From Candidatus Norongarragalinales archaeon (lineage in GTDB: Archaea > Micrarchaeota > Micrarchaeia > Norongarragalinales > Norongarragalinaceae): DNA of 64,000 bases. Below the pieces are notes generated by a model. It saw only the letters and a program-made list of their open reading frames with translations. It had not been told where the DNA came from and ran no database searches. Below, piece after piece: positions 46,912 to 57,468 of this stretch (the stretch's first letter is position 1; every line of letters starts with the position of its first letter). Where the stretch lies: the NCBI GenBank assembly GCA_038884755.1, contig JAWABJ010000001.1:160001-224000 (forward strand). Direction: 5' to 3'. The position numbers and the translations under genes were made by a program.

Positions 46912-48431
46912 GCTTTCATCCTCTTGCTTTCGCTTTCGTCGTTGAAGTCAAGTATTTTCAAGGCGCCCGTGCGAATGTCGTAGACCGGCATGAGGCAAGG
47001 CGTGGGTTTCCTGCCCATGCTTTTCTGGTAGTCGGTTTCGCCTTGCCACGTTCCCGAGTTTATTATTACCGTGCCGTTGTAGTCGAACGAAGCGTTCTTG
47101 TGCACGTGCCCGAAGTGGAAAATGTCCGGCACTTCTTCCACGACCATCCCGTCTTCCGGCGAGGGGACTATTGGCTTTTCGCCGTAAGTGGGGCACAAGT
47201 GCCTGCGGCGGAGAATTTCAACCGCCACTTTTTCCGGATGGTCGAAAGCGTCGCCCAGCTTTTGCGAGTTGGAAACAAGCGCGTCGAACGAAGTGCCGTG
47301 GTATACGAGGATTTTCAGCCCGTGCACGCGCAGGAGGCACGGGTTGGGAATGAAGCGGATGTTTTCCTGGTTGAGCTCGTGCACGAATTCGTTTGGAAGG
47401 GTGGGCTGGGGTTCGGCGTCGCGCACCGCGTCGTGGTTGCCAGGGCAAATCACGACTTGAATGTCATTAGGAATTTTCTTGAGGTATTGAGAAAGCAAAG
47501 AATATTGTTCAAAAATGTTTTTCGTGACGAGCTGCTTTTCCTGCGAAGGGTATACGCCTACGCCGTCGACAACGTCGCCCGCGATTATCACGTAGCGAAT
47601 TGTTTTTGCTATACGCCGTTCTTCCTCGCTTCCCGTTCCGTTGAGGAACGCCAACGCTTTTTCAAAGCGGTCTTCCAGAAAATATTTGCTTCCCACGTGC
47701 AAGTCGCTCAAGAACGCTATGCTGGCTTCTCCTTCAACCTGCACTGTTTTCTTCTGCCGCATGGGCACTCCCGGCCACACCACGTTTTCGACGAGGAACA
47801 GTCCTTGCGAGTAGACGCCGTCGACCGCTACCACGTCGTCCAGCCACAGTTCTTGGGCTTTTTCCATGGCGGGCTTGTTCTGCTGCGCTACGCAAGTCAT
47901 CACGCCAGTCTCGTCTTCGATTTCGAACCGCAAATTCCCTTTCTTGGTCACGCCCTTGCTTCCAACCATGCCGATTATTCTGGATTTCCTGCGTTCAAGC
48001 GCGCCTTTAGCGTGTTCTATCGAAATCACGCCGTTCGCTGCCGAAACCCTGTTTTTAAGTATGCTTGAAAGCTTGTGGAATCTGTTGCGGAAGTGCGCGA
48101 TGAAGTCTTCGACAGTTCCGTCGCAGTCGAATTTCTTGAACGGGGGGATTTCCAGGGAATGCACGAACCCGTTCTCGCGCGCCGGAGAGGGCGCGTACTG
48201 CCTTTTTTCTACCTGCACTATCGCCTGCCCGGCTTTCTTCCCCTGGTTTTTTTCCGACACGATTTCGCCTACCGACGCCAGGGTTATGACCGGCTGCTTT
48301 TTTTCTTCCGCCTTGCTCTCAGCTTCCAGCAGGATTTCAAGCGCTTCATCTTGCGGCATTGCGGCGAGTTTTTCCAAAACTCCGCTTTCCAGTAGTAGCT
48401 TCCTCTGCTTCACCACCTGCCTCAAATCCAC
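46908..48431 (-). CDS. DNA polymerase D small subunit DP1 (exonuclease)
   Basis: SDLHVGS, AGDVVDGVGVYP, PGNHDA, YHG, GHVH, NSGTWQ. Confidence 0.95.
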   Translation of the reverse strand: MDLRQVVKQRKLLLESGVLEKLAAMPQDEALEILLEAESKAEEKKQPVITLASVGEIVSEKNQGKKAGQAIVQVEKRQYAPSPARENGFVHSLEIPPFKKFDCDGTVEDFIAHFRNRFHKLSSILKNRVSAANGVISIEHAKGALERRKSRIIGMVGSKGVTKKGNLRFEIEDETGVMTCVAQQNKPAMEKAQELWLDDVVAVDGVYSQGLFLVENVVWPGVPMRQKKTVQVEGEASIAFLSDLHVGSKYFLEDRFEKALAFLNGTGSEEERRIAKTIRYVIIAGDVVDGVGVYPSQEKQLVTKNIFEQYSLLSQYLKKIPNDIQVVICPGNHDAVRDAEPQPTLPNEFVHELNQENIRFIPNPCLLRVHGLKILVYHGTSFDALVSNSQKLGDAFDHPEKVAVEILRRRHLCPTYGEKPIVPSPEDGMVVEEVPDIFHFGHVHKNASFDYNGTVIINSGTWQGETDYQKSMGRKPTPCLMPVYDIRTGALKILDFNDESESKRMKA

Positions 48432-48584
48432 CGGAACACCCTTCGCGCAGCATTGCGCCTAGCCGTCTGTATAGCAAAAAAGCCTTCTTGCCTTAATCTC
48501 AATCTCACGATGGAATTTATTTCTTTTGCAACGCGCGCGTATCACAACTTTTTTAAGAGCGGTTTTACTGATGAAAGCGGGTGA

Positions 48585-50012
48585 ATGGGTAAAGTGGGCC
48601 TGGAAAACTCTAAGCTTATTGCGGCGTTTGCCCTTGCGCTATTGGCAATCCCGTTTTCCCACGCGGTTGAAAACTGCGCGGACTTGATACGCTTCGGCTA
48701 CTCGTCGAGTGCCATAATGCCCATTTACGGGCAGGACGTTTCGCCAGGCGGCGCGGTGGTTGCGGTAGTGTCGCTCAAACCCGTGGCTTTCTATTTGGGC
48801 GAAAACGGCTATGCCGAGTATTTCTTCACGGCTTTGGAAGACCAGTACCAGGGAGGAAAGCAGCTGATGGCCATAGGCGACGTGTTTTACAGGCACGAGA
48901 ATACCACTGGGTTCAACAACACTTACTTCCGCAAGGCAAAGCAAAAGCCAGTTTACGTCGAGAGCGGGGACGAATTCACGATAGAATTCCAGCCGGACTT
49001 CAAGCTAGAATACAAAGACCGTTCTTTCACCACGGGCGTGCTGAGGTTTTCTTCCACGAAGCCCATCGCCTTTGGAGCGGGATACGGGTTCGGAGACAGT
49101 GTGATTGCGCTTGCAGAAACGCTTGACCCGCTGGTCGCAGAGTTCAAGCGCGGGAGCATTTTCCTTGAATCCAAAGACGGGCTGGTTTACGTGCCTGACG
49201 GGAGAGTGCGGTTCGTAGGCTCTTGCACCGCCTCGTGCTCCGACCCGGACGTTACGGATTATTACTCCAACGCCACTTGCAAGTCCACCCTCGTCGACGG
49301 AAGCGATTACTGCCTAAGCGAGAGCGAGCTCGTGGAATTTTCGTGTTCTTTCCAAAACAACTGCGCCCCGAAGCAGTTCTCTTGCCCGTTCGGGTGCAAG
49401 GATGGCAAGTGCATTACCGGCGAGAAAGCGAAGTGCGAAGATTCCGACGGACTGAACTTAGCGCAGAGGGGAAGGACTTCCGGAAACTACCCCAACGGAT
49501 CGAAATTCTCGTTTCTCGACGAGTGTTCCGGAAGCACGAAGCTCATTGAATACTACTGCACTGAAGAAAAGGTTTTGAAGAAAAACGTTTTGGAATGCAA
49601 CGGCGGCTCGTGCGAGGACGGAGCTTGCGTTCCAGTGCCTACTGTTGCCGAGTGTTCCGACACCGACGGCGGGAGGGATTACGAAACTTCTGGCGTTTGC
49701 TCGGATTCCTCGGGAAGCTACCCCGACTCTTGTGCTGAAAGCTCGGTGGTGGAATACTATTGTGAATCCGGCTACTGCAAAACCATAGTTTCCCCGTGCT
49801 CGCAGTGCTCGGAAAACGCGTGCTCGAAAAGCGAACTCGTCCCAACGTCGAACACTGCACTGTTCGCAATCGTGGTTTTGGCTGTCGCAGTCTTGGCTTT
49901 CGCCCTCAGCATGCGCGGGAGGCGCAAGGAAACGCTGGCTTCGGAAATAGAAAAGATAAGCTACGAAGTTCCCAAGCCGCCGGCGTTCAAGAAAAGCGGA
50001 AAGAAAAAATAA
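48585..50012 (+). CDS. Surface protein with Cys-rich C.DSDG repeats and C-terminal TM
   Basis: Three modules C.D.D...(L/V).E(Y/F).C...C..G.C; signal peptide; TM plus basic tail. Confidence 0.75.
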   Translation: MGKVGLENSKLIAAFALALLAIPFSHAVENCADLIRFGYSSSAIMPIYGQDVSPGGAVVAVVSLKPVAFYLGENGYAEYFFTALEDQYQGGKQLMAIGDVFYRHENTTGFNNTYFRKAKQKPVYVESGDEFTIEFQPDFKLEYKDRSFTTGVLRFSSTKPIAFGAGYGFGDSVIALAETLDPLVAEFKRGSIFLESKDGLVYVPDGRVRFVGSCTASCSDPDVTDYYSNATCKSTLVDGSDYCLSESELVEFSCSFQNNCAPKQFSCPFGCKDGKCITGEKAKCEDSDGLNLAQRGRTSGNYPNGSKFSFLDECSGSTKLIEYYCTEEKVLKKNVLECNGGSCEDGACVPVPTVAECSDTDGGRDYETSGVCSDSSGSYPDSCAESSVVEYYCESGYCKTIVSPCSQCSENACSKSELVPTSNTALFAIVVLAVAVLAFALSMRGRRKETLASEIEKISYEVPKPPAFKKSGKKK

Positions 50013-50057
50013 GCACAACCCCCACGTGGGTTTGGAGCAGGTAGGACGCAAAACTTT

Positions 50058-50333
50058 TTATCTTTCCTTGAGCGCTTCCAGTTCGCTGAGCAAATTCCAT
50101 ACCATGGTCCTGCCGTGCATGGGCAGGTTGATGTCGTTGCTTATCTCGTCCAACGCGTAAATCGCGCCGCTTACTGCGGTCGCAATATCCTCTTCTTTTT
50201 CCAGCCTTTCCTTGGCGAGGGAAATGTTGGTGCGCACGTTGCGCGGGATGCTCGTGTCCTGCAGTAGCCCGTCCAATAGGGGAATGAGCTTCTGTAACTC
50301 GGGATTTGCCGCCATGAGACACACCGTTTCCAT
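50058..50333 (-). CDS. UPF0147 family protein
   Basis: DTSIPRNVR, LDEISNDINLPMHGRTMVW. Confidence 0.9.
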   Translation of the reverse strand: METVCLMAANPELQKLIPLLDGLLQDTSIPRNVRTNISLAKERLEKEEDIATAVSGAIYALDEISNDINLPMHGRTMVWNLLSELEALKER

Positions 50334-50416
50334 CCAACCGACGTTTTCGTTTGAAAATAGCTTGCGCTTGTTTGCTACTCTTTTTGTGCAGGCACTCTTT
50401 TAATTGGTTCGCAAAG

Positions 50417-50492
50417 CGGGCCCGCCGCGATTTGAACGCGGGACCTTCCGCTTAGGAGGCAGATGCTCTCTTCCAGGCTGAGCTACGGGCCC
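50417..50492 (-). tRNA. tRNA-Arg(CCT), no intron
   Basis: GGGCCCG/CGGGCCC; TCTGC-CTCCTAA-GCGGA; TTCAAAT. Confidence 0.95.
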
Positions 50493-50534
50493 AAACTTTC
50501 TTTTTCGCAAAAAGAAAGTTTGATCAAAGAAAAA
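50493..50534 (+). repeat. Family A element abutting the tRNA-Arg(CCT) 5' end, antisense to the tRNA
   Basis: AAACTTTCTTTTT-CGC-AAAAAGAAAGTTT-GATC-AAAGAAAAA. Confidence 0.8.
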
Positions 50535-50617
50535 CGACGCAAAGAAAAACCAAAGGGAATTCCAGCCTATAAGAAACATGGCGGTTGGTTTTTATTTGCT
50601 TTTTGAATTCTGTATTC

Positions 50618-52681
50618 ATGCTAGCCGCCGAAGCCACGCAAATCCCGATAGTAGAAATAGGCGTGATAGTCTTGGCGGCGCTGTTTTTCGGGATAATCGC
50701 CTCGCGATTGCGCCTTCCCACTTCCATAGGCTACATAATTGCAGGCTTTCTCCTCGGCCCCCAAGTTTTTCATTTCCTGACGCCGAACGAGGGTATCGCG
50801 CAGCTGTTCGGCGAAATAGGCCTTTTGCTCTTGCTTTTCTATCTGGGTTTGGAATTGAGCATAAAGAAATTCAAGGAAAGCGGCGCCTTGGCGTCCATAA
50901 TAGCTTTCGTTGAAATGGGAATACCATTTTTGTTCTCTTTCCTCGTTGCACTCGCGTTCGGCTTTGGCTTTACCGAAGCGCTGGTCATAGGCGCGATGCT
51001 CACTGCGACAAGCACGGTCATGGTAACGAAATTCATGTTCGACCGGCGCATAGAAAAGGAGCCTGAATCGAGGCTGGGGATTTCCATTCTCGTCGTCGAA
51101 GACTTTTTCGCCATTCTCGTTTTGGCTTTCCTGTTCAGCATTTCCAACGCCGTTTCGTTCAAGCAAACGCTCTTGAATGGCGTTCTTTTCGTTGTCGCGA
51201 TGTTTTTCGTCGTAAGCCGCGTCACGCGCTTCGTATCGAGCTTTTTCGAGCGGCACGGGAAGACGAGCGTAATGACGCTCTTCGCCTTGGGCGTGGGCAT
51301 AATGGTCGCCTACTTCAGCTCTTACCTCGGGCTTACCATAGCGTTGGGCGCCTACTTCGCGGGTTTTGCGCTGACCGAAACGCCTTTCGGCGAGAGGGTG
51401 AAAAAGGAAATTGGCTTCATGCGCGAGTTTTTCATACTCTTCTTTTTCGTTGGCTTTGGAACTACGGTAACCACACCTTCTTCCGGCTCGCTCGTCCTAG
51501 TCTTCGCTCTAGTGGCTTTCTACATCCTCGCTAAAATCATCGCCTACGGGTTTTTCGCGACGGCGTTCGGCTTGGGCATGAACTCGGCAATAAAGCTCGG
51601 CATGATGATGATTCCCATAGGCGAGTTCAGTCTGATAATCGCGGCGGCTTCCGCGCCTTTCATGCGCAATGCCGGCGAAATAATCTCTATAGCGTTCCTC
51701 CTCACTATAGTTTCCACGCTGATTTCTCCCGTGCTTTTCGACAATTCCAAGCGCATAGCTGAATTAGTGTCGTCGTTGTACCCGAAAAAACTGCGCAAGT
51801 CGATAAACGCCTTGGGAAAGGAACTGCATTCGCTGGAAAAAGTTTCGCAAAACCCCGCGTTCCAAAACGAATTATCGCGGGCTTTGGAAAGCTTCGTTTT
51901 GAATTCGGTAGTGGCGTTGGCGATAGTCTACATGAGCTTCCTCGCTTCTTTCAACGTCGACCTGAGCTTCATTCCTTTCCTCCCTCCGGAAATTTCCATC
52001 AACGTCTTGATACTGCCTTTAGTTTTCTGGCCAATATACAAGGCAATCAATGACTTGAAGTTCATCGCTTACTCCGCAGTCTCGCAGTGGTCACGCCAGC
52101 ACTTTCCGTACTGGAAGAGGCACCACGACGCGGGTATTGCCGCGTCGGAAATAATCACTTCTTTCGTCCTTACACTGGCGGGTGTTTTCGCGTGCTTTCT
52201 CTTCTACTTTACTAGCACCGAGCTCTTGCTTGTCCCCCTTCTTTTCACGCTGCTCGCGCTCATGTACTTGAGCAAGAGCATTTACTCGCTGTTCGAACAG
52301 GCGGAAGATTTACAGGCGGTTGCCGAAAGCGGCGGCGTTTCGGGAAAGGAAGTGCTTTCCTTGAGCAGGGAACTGCGGATGCGCGCTCAGAAAATCGCCG
52401 AGTTGAACGAAGAGCGCGAAAAATCCTTGAGGGAAATCCGCGCGGCGCTGGGCGCGGGGAAAATGGCGAAAGCGCGCTCGGAAATGCAGCACTTCAAAAA
52501 GCGCGAGGCGGCAATCCTGGCAAAACTCGAAGGCGCGGAAAAACGATTGGAAAAGAAAGAATTCGCCGCGCTTTCGCGCGAGGAGACTGCCACGAAAAAA
52601 GCGCTGGAAAGTTATTTCCTTAAGCAAGCCCCGCGCATCCTAGGCGAAAAGCGCAAGTCTTCGAAAAAGCCCAAGCGTTGA
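50618..52681 (+). CDS. Cation:proton antiporter (CPA2/KefB-like) with extended C-terminus
   Basis: GYIIAGFLLGP, LFYLGLE, GISILVVEDFFA, GAYFAG, PIGEFSLII. Confidence 0.88.
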   Translation: MLAAEATQIPIVEIGVIVLAALFFGIIASRLRLPTSIGYIIAGFLLGPQVFHFLTPNEGIAQLFGEIGLLLLLFYLGLELSIKKFKESGALASIIAFVEMGIPFLFSFLVALAFGFGFTEALVIGAMLTATSTVMVTKFMFDRRIEKEPESRLGISILVVEDFFAILVLAFLFSISNAVSFKQTLLNGVLFVVAMFFVVSRVTRFVSSFFERHGKTSVMTLFALGVGIMVAYFSSYLGLTIALGAYFAGFALTETPFGERVKKEIGFMREFFILFFFVGFGTTVTTPSSGSLVLVFALVAFYILAKIIAYGFFATAFGLGMNSAIKLGMMMIPIGEFSLIIAAASAPFMRNAGEIISIAFLLTIVSTLISPVLFDNSKRIAELVSSLYPKKLRKSINALGKELHSLEKVSQNPAFQNELSRALESFVLNSVVALAIVYMSFLASFNVDLSFIPFLPPEISINVLILPLVFWPIYKAINDLKFIAYSAVSQWSRQHFPYWKRHHDAGIAASEIITSFVLTLAGVFACFLFYFTSTELLLVPLLFTLLALMYLSKSIYSLFEQAEDLQAVAESGGVSGKEVLSLSRELRMRAQKIAELNEEREKSLREIRAALGAGKMAKARSEMQHFKKREAAILAKLEGAEKRLEKKEFAALSREETATKKALESYFLKQAPRILGEKRKSSKKPKR

Positions 52682-52714
52682 ACTAATAAACTCCAGTGAA
52701 CAAAATTTTGTTTA

Positions 52715-52766
52715 GTGATGATAACTGAACAACCTCTGAACCGATGATGAGGCTGATAGCGTCTGA
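52715..52766 (+). ncRNA. Box C/D sRNA candidate, canonical archaeal layout
   Basis: C GTGATGA (52715-21), guide TAACTGAACAACCT, D' CTGA (52736-39), C' ATGATGA (52744-50), guide GGCTGATAGCGT, D CTGA (52763-66). Confidence 0.85.
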
Positions 52767-52767
52767 T

Positions 52768-52793
52768 CCAGGAGAAACTACGTTTCTCCCTGG
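52768..52793 (+). repeat. Family B hairpin directly after the sRNA
   Basis: CCAGGAGAAAC-TAC-GTTTCTCCCTGG; 17 of 18 nt match to 21928-21945 in the tRNA-Gly T-loop intron. Confidence 0.65.
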
Positions 52794-52842
52794 AACCCTC
52801 TTCCTGCGACGAAATTAATACTCCCGACTTCATTCTTTTTTC

Positions 52843-53535
52843 ATGCCGGATTTTGACCAACAGGAAATTTGGGAGAAAGAGCATTCCAAACCCTTAGTCT
52901 TGCCTCAGATGAGTAAAGAAGATGCTTCTGGGGGTGTTGTCGAATTCTACTCATGGCTTGCAAGAAATAGTCTTACAAGCGAATTGTCTGGAGTAGAAAT
53001 GGGGTGTGGAAAGGGAAGAAACTGCTTGTGGTTGGCAAAACAAGGAGTCAAAATGACTGGTTTCGACTTTTCGAAAAATGCAATTTCAGAAGCTCGAAAA
53101 AAAGCTGGAAAAACGGGCTTACAGAATGCGTTTTTTTTAGTTCACGATGCCACCAAAAAATGGCCTTTCGATAACGAGGCTTTCGACATTGGTATAGACT
53201 GCTTTGCATCAACCGACATAGATTCTCTTGAAGGAAGAACCTTCGCGAGGGATGAATTCAAGCGAGTAATCAAGAAAAGCGGCTTTCTGCTCGTGTATAC
53301 ACTCTCGACTGACGACGAATTTCACAAGCAAATGGTTGAAGAATATCCTGCAGGAGAAAGGAACAGTTTCAGGCATCCGCAAACCGGAAAATTCGAGAAA
53401 ATATTCGACAGAAACGAGATTTTTGATTTTTACCGAAATTTCAAACTAATCGAAGAGTGCAGGATAGAGAAGGATGAGGTCTTTTTTGGAAAAAGCTATC
53501 GATGCAAGCATTTTTGGCTGGTATTTCAAAAGTAG
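52843..53535 (+). CDS. Class I SAM-dependent methyltransferase
   Basis: EMGCGKGRN, GFDFSKNAI; AT-richer codon usage than neighbours. Confidence 0.85.
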   Translation: MPDFDQQEIWEKEHSKPLVLPQMSKEDASGGVVEFYSWLARNSLTSELSGVEMGCGKGRNCLWLAKQGVKMTGFDFSKNAISEARKKAGKTGLQNAFFLVHDATKKWPFDNEAFDIGIDCFASTDIDSLEGRTFARDEFKRVIKKSGFLLVYTLSTDDEFHKQMVEEYPAGERNSFRHPQTGKFEKIFDRNEIFDFYRNFKLIEECRIEKDEVFFGKSYRCKHFWLVFQK

Positions 53536-53549
53536 GTCTTTGTGGTTAA

Positions 53550-53831
53550 ATGCACTACCGGATTTTGGTTGAAGGCAGGGTGCAGGGCGTCGGGTATAGG
53601 GCTTTCGTGAAAAGCGCCGCCTGCGCGCTGGGAGTAAAAGGTTTTGTTCGTAATTTGGAAGACGGGCGGGTGGAAATAAACTGCGAGTGCGGCGAGAGCG
53701 TTTTGAAAGATTTTTTGAAGAAACTCGAGCGCAAGAGCGAAGGCTTCGCCGGAATTCACGTTGAGCGGCTGGCTGTGGAAAAAACCGCTTCCCCTCGAGA
53801 AGGCTTTTCTTCGTTCGAAATACGGTTTTGA
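53550..53831 (+). CDS. acyP: Acylphosphatase
   Basis: [21 protein letters not shown]. Confidence 0.93.
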   Translation: MHYRILVEGRVQGVGYRAFVKSAACALGVKGFVRNLEDGRVEINCECGESVLKDFLKKLERKSEGFAGIHVERLAVEKTASPREGFSSFEIRF

Positions 53832-53910
53832 GTCTTTTTTTGCGCAAGAACTGGTTTTTATACCTCGGCAATTACGTTTATCTTAACGGTTTTTCCACGG
53901 AGGGGATTCG

Positions 53911-56900
53911 GTGCAGGAACGCGCGTTTTTCGCCTTGTTTTCGATTATGATTTTGAGCGGGCTTGTTTTCGCCGCCTCTTCCACGCCAATCCCCGAAAAA
54001 AAGCTTTTCGAAACCAACGACATGCTGTCAGTCCAGTTTCCGCAAAGCGCCTCGTACGAAATCAAGGACGGGAACAAGCTTTACTTCAACGAGCCGGTAA
54101 AAGAAGTTTACCTGCATTATTTCTCGGGCGGAAGCGAAACGAGGCAGACGCTTTACAAGGTCGGGCGCATTGATGTTTGGCCGAAATTCGAAATGCTGGT
54201 TTTCGACAACACTTCGCAGTCGACGATGGTCGTTTTGAAAGACAAGCGCACGACTGTGCAGACGGCCGTGCGCTTCAGGGCGGTTTTCTACGAAACTTCC
54301 GTTTCTTCTGCAGCACCAGCGCAGGACTCTCCGGTCACAACCCCTTCCGCAGTCTGTCCTTTCGTTTACGGGTTTAAGAAAGACGGGGCAATAGCCGGCT
54401 TCAGGCTCAGCGACAACGGAACCGCTAAAGACCTGAAGACCGTGGTTTTCGGTGAAACGGATGCGGTCGATTACACCCTCCTGTGGCCTTCGGGCGAAAG
54501 CACGGTGAAGAAATTCAACGTAAAGAGAATAGAACTCTTGACTGCCACGCAAGGCAACGCGAAGAAGGAAGTTTCCGACACCAAAACCTCGTACTCGTTC
54601 GCTTCGCCCGTTATTATCCTGGTCACTCCCGAGAACGGGAAACAATTCGTGGCTGCAGTAAAGAAAATGACTTTCTCGTCCAAATCGAGCGTGGAAAAGG
54701 CGTTCCAGTTCGGCGCTCCTGACGTGGGCAACGTCAAGACCGAATACACTACCGGCGCTTTGGCAGTCCAATCGCGCGAAAAGCCGTTTTCGTTCAATTT
54801 GGTTGAAGACCAGCGGGTTTCTTCCTTCGACTGGGACCCTTCGAGCGCCTCGTGCTATCCAGTTTTCGTCGAGGGCGCGGAAAAGCCAGTTTGGGTGAGG
54901 GACTTGAGTTGGGAGAGCGCGCCTTCGTACGCCGGTTCGAGAGCCGGGAACGCGCAAGGCTGCGCCGCGCAGTTGGGAAGGTGCATTACCGAAACGACCG
55001 CCAACCTTTACAAGCTTAAGTTTTCTTCCGAAACTAAAGTCACGCTGGTTTCGTGCAACGTGCTTCAAGACAATCCCGTTGCGAAAGCCAAACTCGGCGA
55101 AGTTGAATTCGATTTGGTCGCGCTGTTCGACAAGAAGCCCGAGTTCGTTTTCGACGGGGCTAAGTTCGAATTCAAGTATTCGTTCAGGCAAGGCAACGCG
55201 AAAGACTTCGGAATCAACAACGGCGTTTGGCACGTGGTTTACGACCCTGCTGCCTTCGATTACTACCACTCTTTGAACAAGAACGGCGGCGTGCCTTCTG
55301 CAGTGCCGCGCCACGAGGACGAGGCTTACGCGCCTCAAAACCACTACTGCCCTAGCGCCGGCGTGAATTCCTACACCCTAATGAACAGCGGGGATTATCT
55401 CGCCAGAATGTGGATTGCCGGCACGCAAGGCGATTTGGTTTTGAGCGAGAGCCTCGTGCGCTTGGTCCACTCCCCCTCCACCTTCGGCCAGTTCCTGCTC
55501 GCACACCGCTCTTCCGACGTTGTGCAGGAAAACTTCCAATTCCGCACGAACTACGTTGAAGCGCGGAACGCGCCGAAAGCGCTTTTGTTCAACAATCTTT
55601 TATACTCGGTTTTTTCCTTGTCTCCAGCAACCTCCAGCTCTGCCGCCGGTTTCCTTGCAAGCGTAAAGGATGCTGCAACCAACAACGCGGTTTTAGACGT
55701 CGTGAATCCGGGCGCGTTCGGAAGCGTAGGAAAAATTTCTTTGAGGAACGTTTTCTACACCGGATACAAGATTTCCTTGAAATCAAAAGACGACAAGTTT
55801 GAAGGGGTTGCTTTTACCATTCTCCAGCCAAAGTCTGCCGGAGCTCCAGGCGCCGATTGCGAATCTTCATTCTTCAACCCGTCGGCTCAGTCGAGCAAAA
55901 AGTGTTTTGACGCCGCGCCGTTCTGCTGGGGGTATTTGAGCGGCAGCGGAACTCCCTTCGGAAACTATCGCTGTTACCCTGTTTCCGCAGGCAACGGCTA
56001 TCCTGCCGCGGACGCTTACGCATGCAAGGGAACGGTTTATTCCGACCTGAACGCGCAGACGCGAGAGCACGGGACCGTGTATTTGAAGTACGCCGAAGGC
56101 AAAGGGCATTGCTCCAACAACCAGCGGGCTGAAGAGTTGATTAAAGACGGCAGTTGCAAGAAAACGCCTTTGGAAAACATTTCTTACGTCGTAACCAAAG
56201 ACGGCAAGGAAATGACTTACAAAGTGAAAGTGCTGGACTGCTCTGCAAGGTATTCCGACGCGAACGCTGGCGGAGCCGGCGGTAGGGACAGGCCGCCTGC
56301 GGCCGGAACCGGAAGGGCGTCCATTCCCGCACTCGAATCTTCAGGCGGCCTTTCGGTGAAAACCCCCGCCCAGAAGGTGAAAGAATGCCGCAGCCAAGGC
56401 GCGGGCTTCGACTGCAGGAACGTGAACGCTTGCGACCCTGCCTCGATAAAACGCGGCTTGTGTCCGGGCGGTGACGACAACGTGTGCTGCAAGGCAAAAG
56501 GACAGGATTCCGAAAAGTGCGAAACCCTTCCTGTTTCCGAGTGCAAGAAACAACCTTCGTGCGAAGTGAAAAGCTCCGGAGGCGTAGATTCTTGCGTCCC
56601 GAAGGCGTCTTCCTCGGAAACTTGCGAAACCCTTTCACCCTCCGAATGCCGCAAGAATTCGAAGTGCGTGGTAATACCGACGACAACCTACGGCAACGCT
56701 TGCATTTCGAAATCAAACGCACCGTCGTGCTCTTCGATAGGCGTTTCGCGATGTAGCTCGTACGAATACTGCGAGGTTATAGACACTACCTACGGCAAAG
56801 CGTGCGTCGAAAAATCGGCTGCAACGCCGAAGCCTCCAAAAACCTGGAACCTGCCTGACGGCAAAACCTGTTCCGACATTCTCAAGCAACAGGATTGCGT

Positions 56901-57462
56901 GAAGTACTACCAGTGCGATTGGACTAGAGACCAGTACGGCGTTTGGTCTTGCGACGTGAAAGCCGGAAACGCCCGCGACTCGTGCGAGGCCGTGGGAGGC
57001 TGGAGCTGCAACGCCGCCTCTGCCTGCGTGCCTTCGACCGCTGACAAGCGCGGGGCGGGAACGTGCCCGTACGGGACAGTGTGCTGCCAGCCGCTCAAAT
57101 CCCTGCCTTCAGGCGAAACCTGCTACTCCATAAGCCCGTCGCTTTGCTTGCAGTACCGCTCTTGCGAACTGATAGACGCGTCTTTCTACGGCAAAGCATG
57201 CGTGCCCAAAACCGCACCGAAAGGCTCTTTGTTCCTACCCGCAAGCAAAAGCTGCTCTTCCATAAGTGAAACCGATTGCCTGAAGTACGTGGAATGCACT
57301 TTGCAGTACAAGTTCGGCACATCCATTTGCGTGACTAAAACTGGCTACTGGAAACTGCCTGCTGGAAAAACCTGCAGCAGCATAAGCAATTCGGAGTGCA
57401 ATTACTACAGCAAGTGCAAGCTTGCAAGCACGGTAGGCGGGACTTTCTGCCAGGAAAAGTGA
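53911..57462 (+). CDS. Large secreted protein with C-terminal Cys-rich repeats
   Basis: Signal peptide; repeats LP.G.TC..I...C..Y..C and YG(K/N)AC; no C-terminal TM. Confidence 0.75.
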   Translation: MQERAFFALFSIMILSGLVFAASSTPIPEKKLFETNDMLSVQFPQSASYEIKDGNKLYFNEPVKEVYLHYFSGGSETRQTLYKVGRIDVWPKFEMLVFDNTSQSTMVVLKDKRTTVQTAVRFRAVFYETSVSSAAPAQDSPVTTPSAVCPFVYGFKKDGAIAGFRLSDNGTAKDLKTVVFGETDAVDYTLLWPSGESTVKKFNVKRIELLTATQGNAKKEVSDTKTSYSFASPVIILVTPENGKQFVAAVKKMTFSSKSSVEKAFQFGAPDVGNVKTEYTTGALAVQSREKPFSFNLVEDQRVSSFDWDPSSASCYPVFVEGAEKPVWVRDLSWESAPSYAGSRAGNAQGCAAQLGRCITETTANLYKLKFSSETKVTLVSCNVLQDNPVAKAKLGEVEFDLVALFDKKPEFVFDGAKFEFKYSFRQGNAKDFGINNGVWHVVYDPAAFDYYHSLNKNGGVPSAVPRHEDEAYAPQNHYCPSAGVNSYTLMNSGDYLARMWIAGTQGDLVLSESLVRLVHSPSTFGQFLLAHRSSDVVQENFQFRTNYVEARNAPKALLFNNLLYSVFSLSPATSSSAAGFLASVKDAATNNAVLDVVNPGAFGSVGKISLRNVFYTGYKISLKSKDDKFEGVAFTILQPKSAGAPGADCESSFFNPSAQSSKKCFDAAPFCWGYLSGSGTPFGNYRCYPVSAGNGYPAADAYACKGTVYSDLNAQTREHGTVYLKYAEGKGHCSNNQRAEELIKDGSCKKTPLENISYVVTKDGKEMTYKVKVLDCSARYSDANAGGAGGRDRPPAAGTGRASIPALESSGGLSVKTPAQKVKECRSQGAGFDCRNVNACDPASIKRGLCPGGDDNVCCKAKGQDSEKCETLPVSECKKQPSCEVKSSGGVDSCVPKASSSETCETLSPSECRKNSKCVVIPTTTYGNACISKSNAPSCSSIGVSRCSSYEYCEVIDTTYGKACVEKSAATPKPPKTWNLPDGKTCSDILKQQDCVKYYQCDWTRDQYGVWSCDVKAGNARDSCEAVGGWSCNAASACVPSTADKRGAGTCPYGTVCCQPLKSLPSGETCYSISPSLCLQYRSCELIDASFYGKACVPKTAPKGSLFLPASKSCSSISETDCLKYVECTLQYKFGTSICVTKTGYWKLPAGKTCSSISNSECNYYSKCKLASTVGGTFCQEK

Positions 57463-57468
57463 GTTGCA

